Positions 58,601 through 58,807 of a stretch of DNA of 58,807 bases are shown piece after piece. Source of the DNA: Planctomycetota bacterium (GTDB lineage Bacteria; Planctomycetota; B15-G4; SIAN01); assembly GCA_031409275.1 (NCBI GenBank), contig JANNXA010000052.1, forward strand, positions 1 to 58,807, in the 5' to 3' direction. Position numbers and translations under genes: made by a program. The notes beneath the pieces were generated by a model that did no database searches, had not been told where the DNA came from, and saw only the letters and a program-made list of their open reading frames with translations. Each line of letters begins with the position of its first letter. Position 1 is the first letter of the stretch.

Positions 58601-58679
58601 GGATTGGGCGGCGCTCTGCCGCATCCCGCGGCTGCTCGAAAAGGTCCGCGAGCACCACCTCCCCGAGCCGCGCCGGTGA
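55674..58679 (+). CDS. Hanks-type Ser/Thr protein kinase with a TM helix and a TPR-like C-terminal region
   Basis: IGAGGMGVVY, VALK, HRDVKPSN, DFG, YMSPEQ and DLWSLG; ATGA overlap with the ECF gene. Confidence 0.93.
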   Translation: MSRNPQLNELVERCLAAMEQEGAPALERLCALHPNEASALRRRVALLQGFGLAGDAAADAEPAADPPIPKRLGDFELLERIGAGGMGVVYRARQLSLGREVALKVVRPDQLHVGTARTRFRREVEAIARLQHPGIVPIHAVGESDGLPWFAMELLTGASIAQVVRALHGRAPAELSGADFAAAVADVVRGGSGGAGGAPGAAVESADVAHGWLFAGTWSDVCLRVARQVADALAHAHGRGVLHRDVKPSNILVTPTGRVVLVDFGLASTGDVSELTKSGSALGSLPYMSPEQLRGEWANVDERSDLWSLGITLHELLMLELPWRETTEHAMREAIVAGRRIAPRERNPAVPRDVETVVLAATDLDRARRYARATDLARDLDNALTGRPIEARRVGTFGRLIRWARREPAQAATAALALLIGVGGPIAYAEIQRRASTRLHEANLQIRAEQTRAEGHFRHALGVLSSMLAPVTDDAFADEPESDPIRRATLERALALYESFPAEDAGDFELRRALAQALFDLSLVQMRVGAPAAAATMLREAVRRLETLAGERTGDSAIAFDRLKVRGALGSTLTAGGRMEEGRQVVDLLITELGAGDPHDLPRLRLLAKAQSDRGVLAHLEGDLAGAITAARAALAVRREVIDAPDAVDGDRCEFGDAAYLLSDHLLSSRHEEPIEGETDTEGEQRVERLGAEADALQQEALAEIARVLAVQPRDRRALTIRCELLIYQSMVHALKATSTARIEVREALAIAEQLAQRYPESVAVRRLPVEAGYRAAVLELQMRDEAAAVALVRTAIEHGRAAYQELHEPKPIGAQLAPALSVLAQIELQRNQTDAGMADLAEAIELGHRCLTLTGGGEPIRRSLRQWEWLLARQRLQKGDWQTAAADAERFVLDPADAAPGSTEPFRAAMVLAGCAVAADRASKQDADSADEPSKLAERATLAGRADELARQAIAQAEAAVEGWPALRERLAEDTDWAALCRIPRLLEKVREHHLPEPRR

Positions 58680-58807
58680 TCGGCCGGGGAGTGGCGGGGG
58701 GCGGGGGGGCCGCCCGGGGGGGGCGCCCGGGCGCGGCGGGGCGCGGGGCCCCGCCGTACCGCGTGATCGTCGCCGCCCACCACACCAGCGTCGCCCCCGC
58801 GTACCAC

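Overview
A GC-rich, densely coding bacterial chromosome segment, most likely from a Planctomycetota genome. That placement is inferred from the FG-GAP/ASPIC-UnbV protein, the ECF sigma/Ser-Thr kinase pair, an H-X9-D-type prepilin, the TsaC-phosphatase fusion and an N-terminally extended SecA. Most of it is core genome: a DksA-like gene, lspA, pyrD, secA, waaA, metK, icd-mdh-sucCD, tatA, mobA, a polyprenyl synthase, folD, a rhomboid, serS, a PTS IIA gene, rpsU, a tsaC-phosphatase fusion, a histidine kinase and dnaK. Envelope/export loci are a type II secretion-like operon (gspD-E-F-G-H-I-J, with no C/K/L/M here) and a GldA/GldF/GldG-like ABC operon with a DUF4340-like gene. The 3' part is accessory-looking, with secreted TPR, FG-GAP, transglutaminase-hydrolase, SGNH and PDZ proteins and an ECF-kinase module. 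I saw no rRNA, tRNA, CRISPR array, integrase or transposase. The best leads are a 25-bp AT-rich motif shared upstream of the T2SS-like and Gld-like operons, a DksA-like protein with a histone-like (KPAAAA)n N-terminus, an ~80-aa insertion in SecA, a FolD with YxxxQ in place of catalytic YxxxK, a TsaC fused to an arginine-phosphatase-type domain, a sensor-less kinase, and a 14-bp CCTCCT tandem repeat behind rpsU. All family calls come from motif recognition by eye, not database searches, and none of the leads is shown to be novel.
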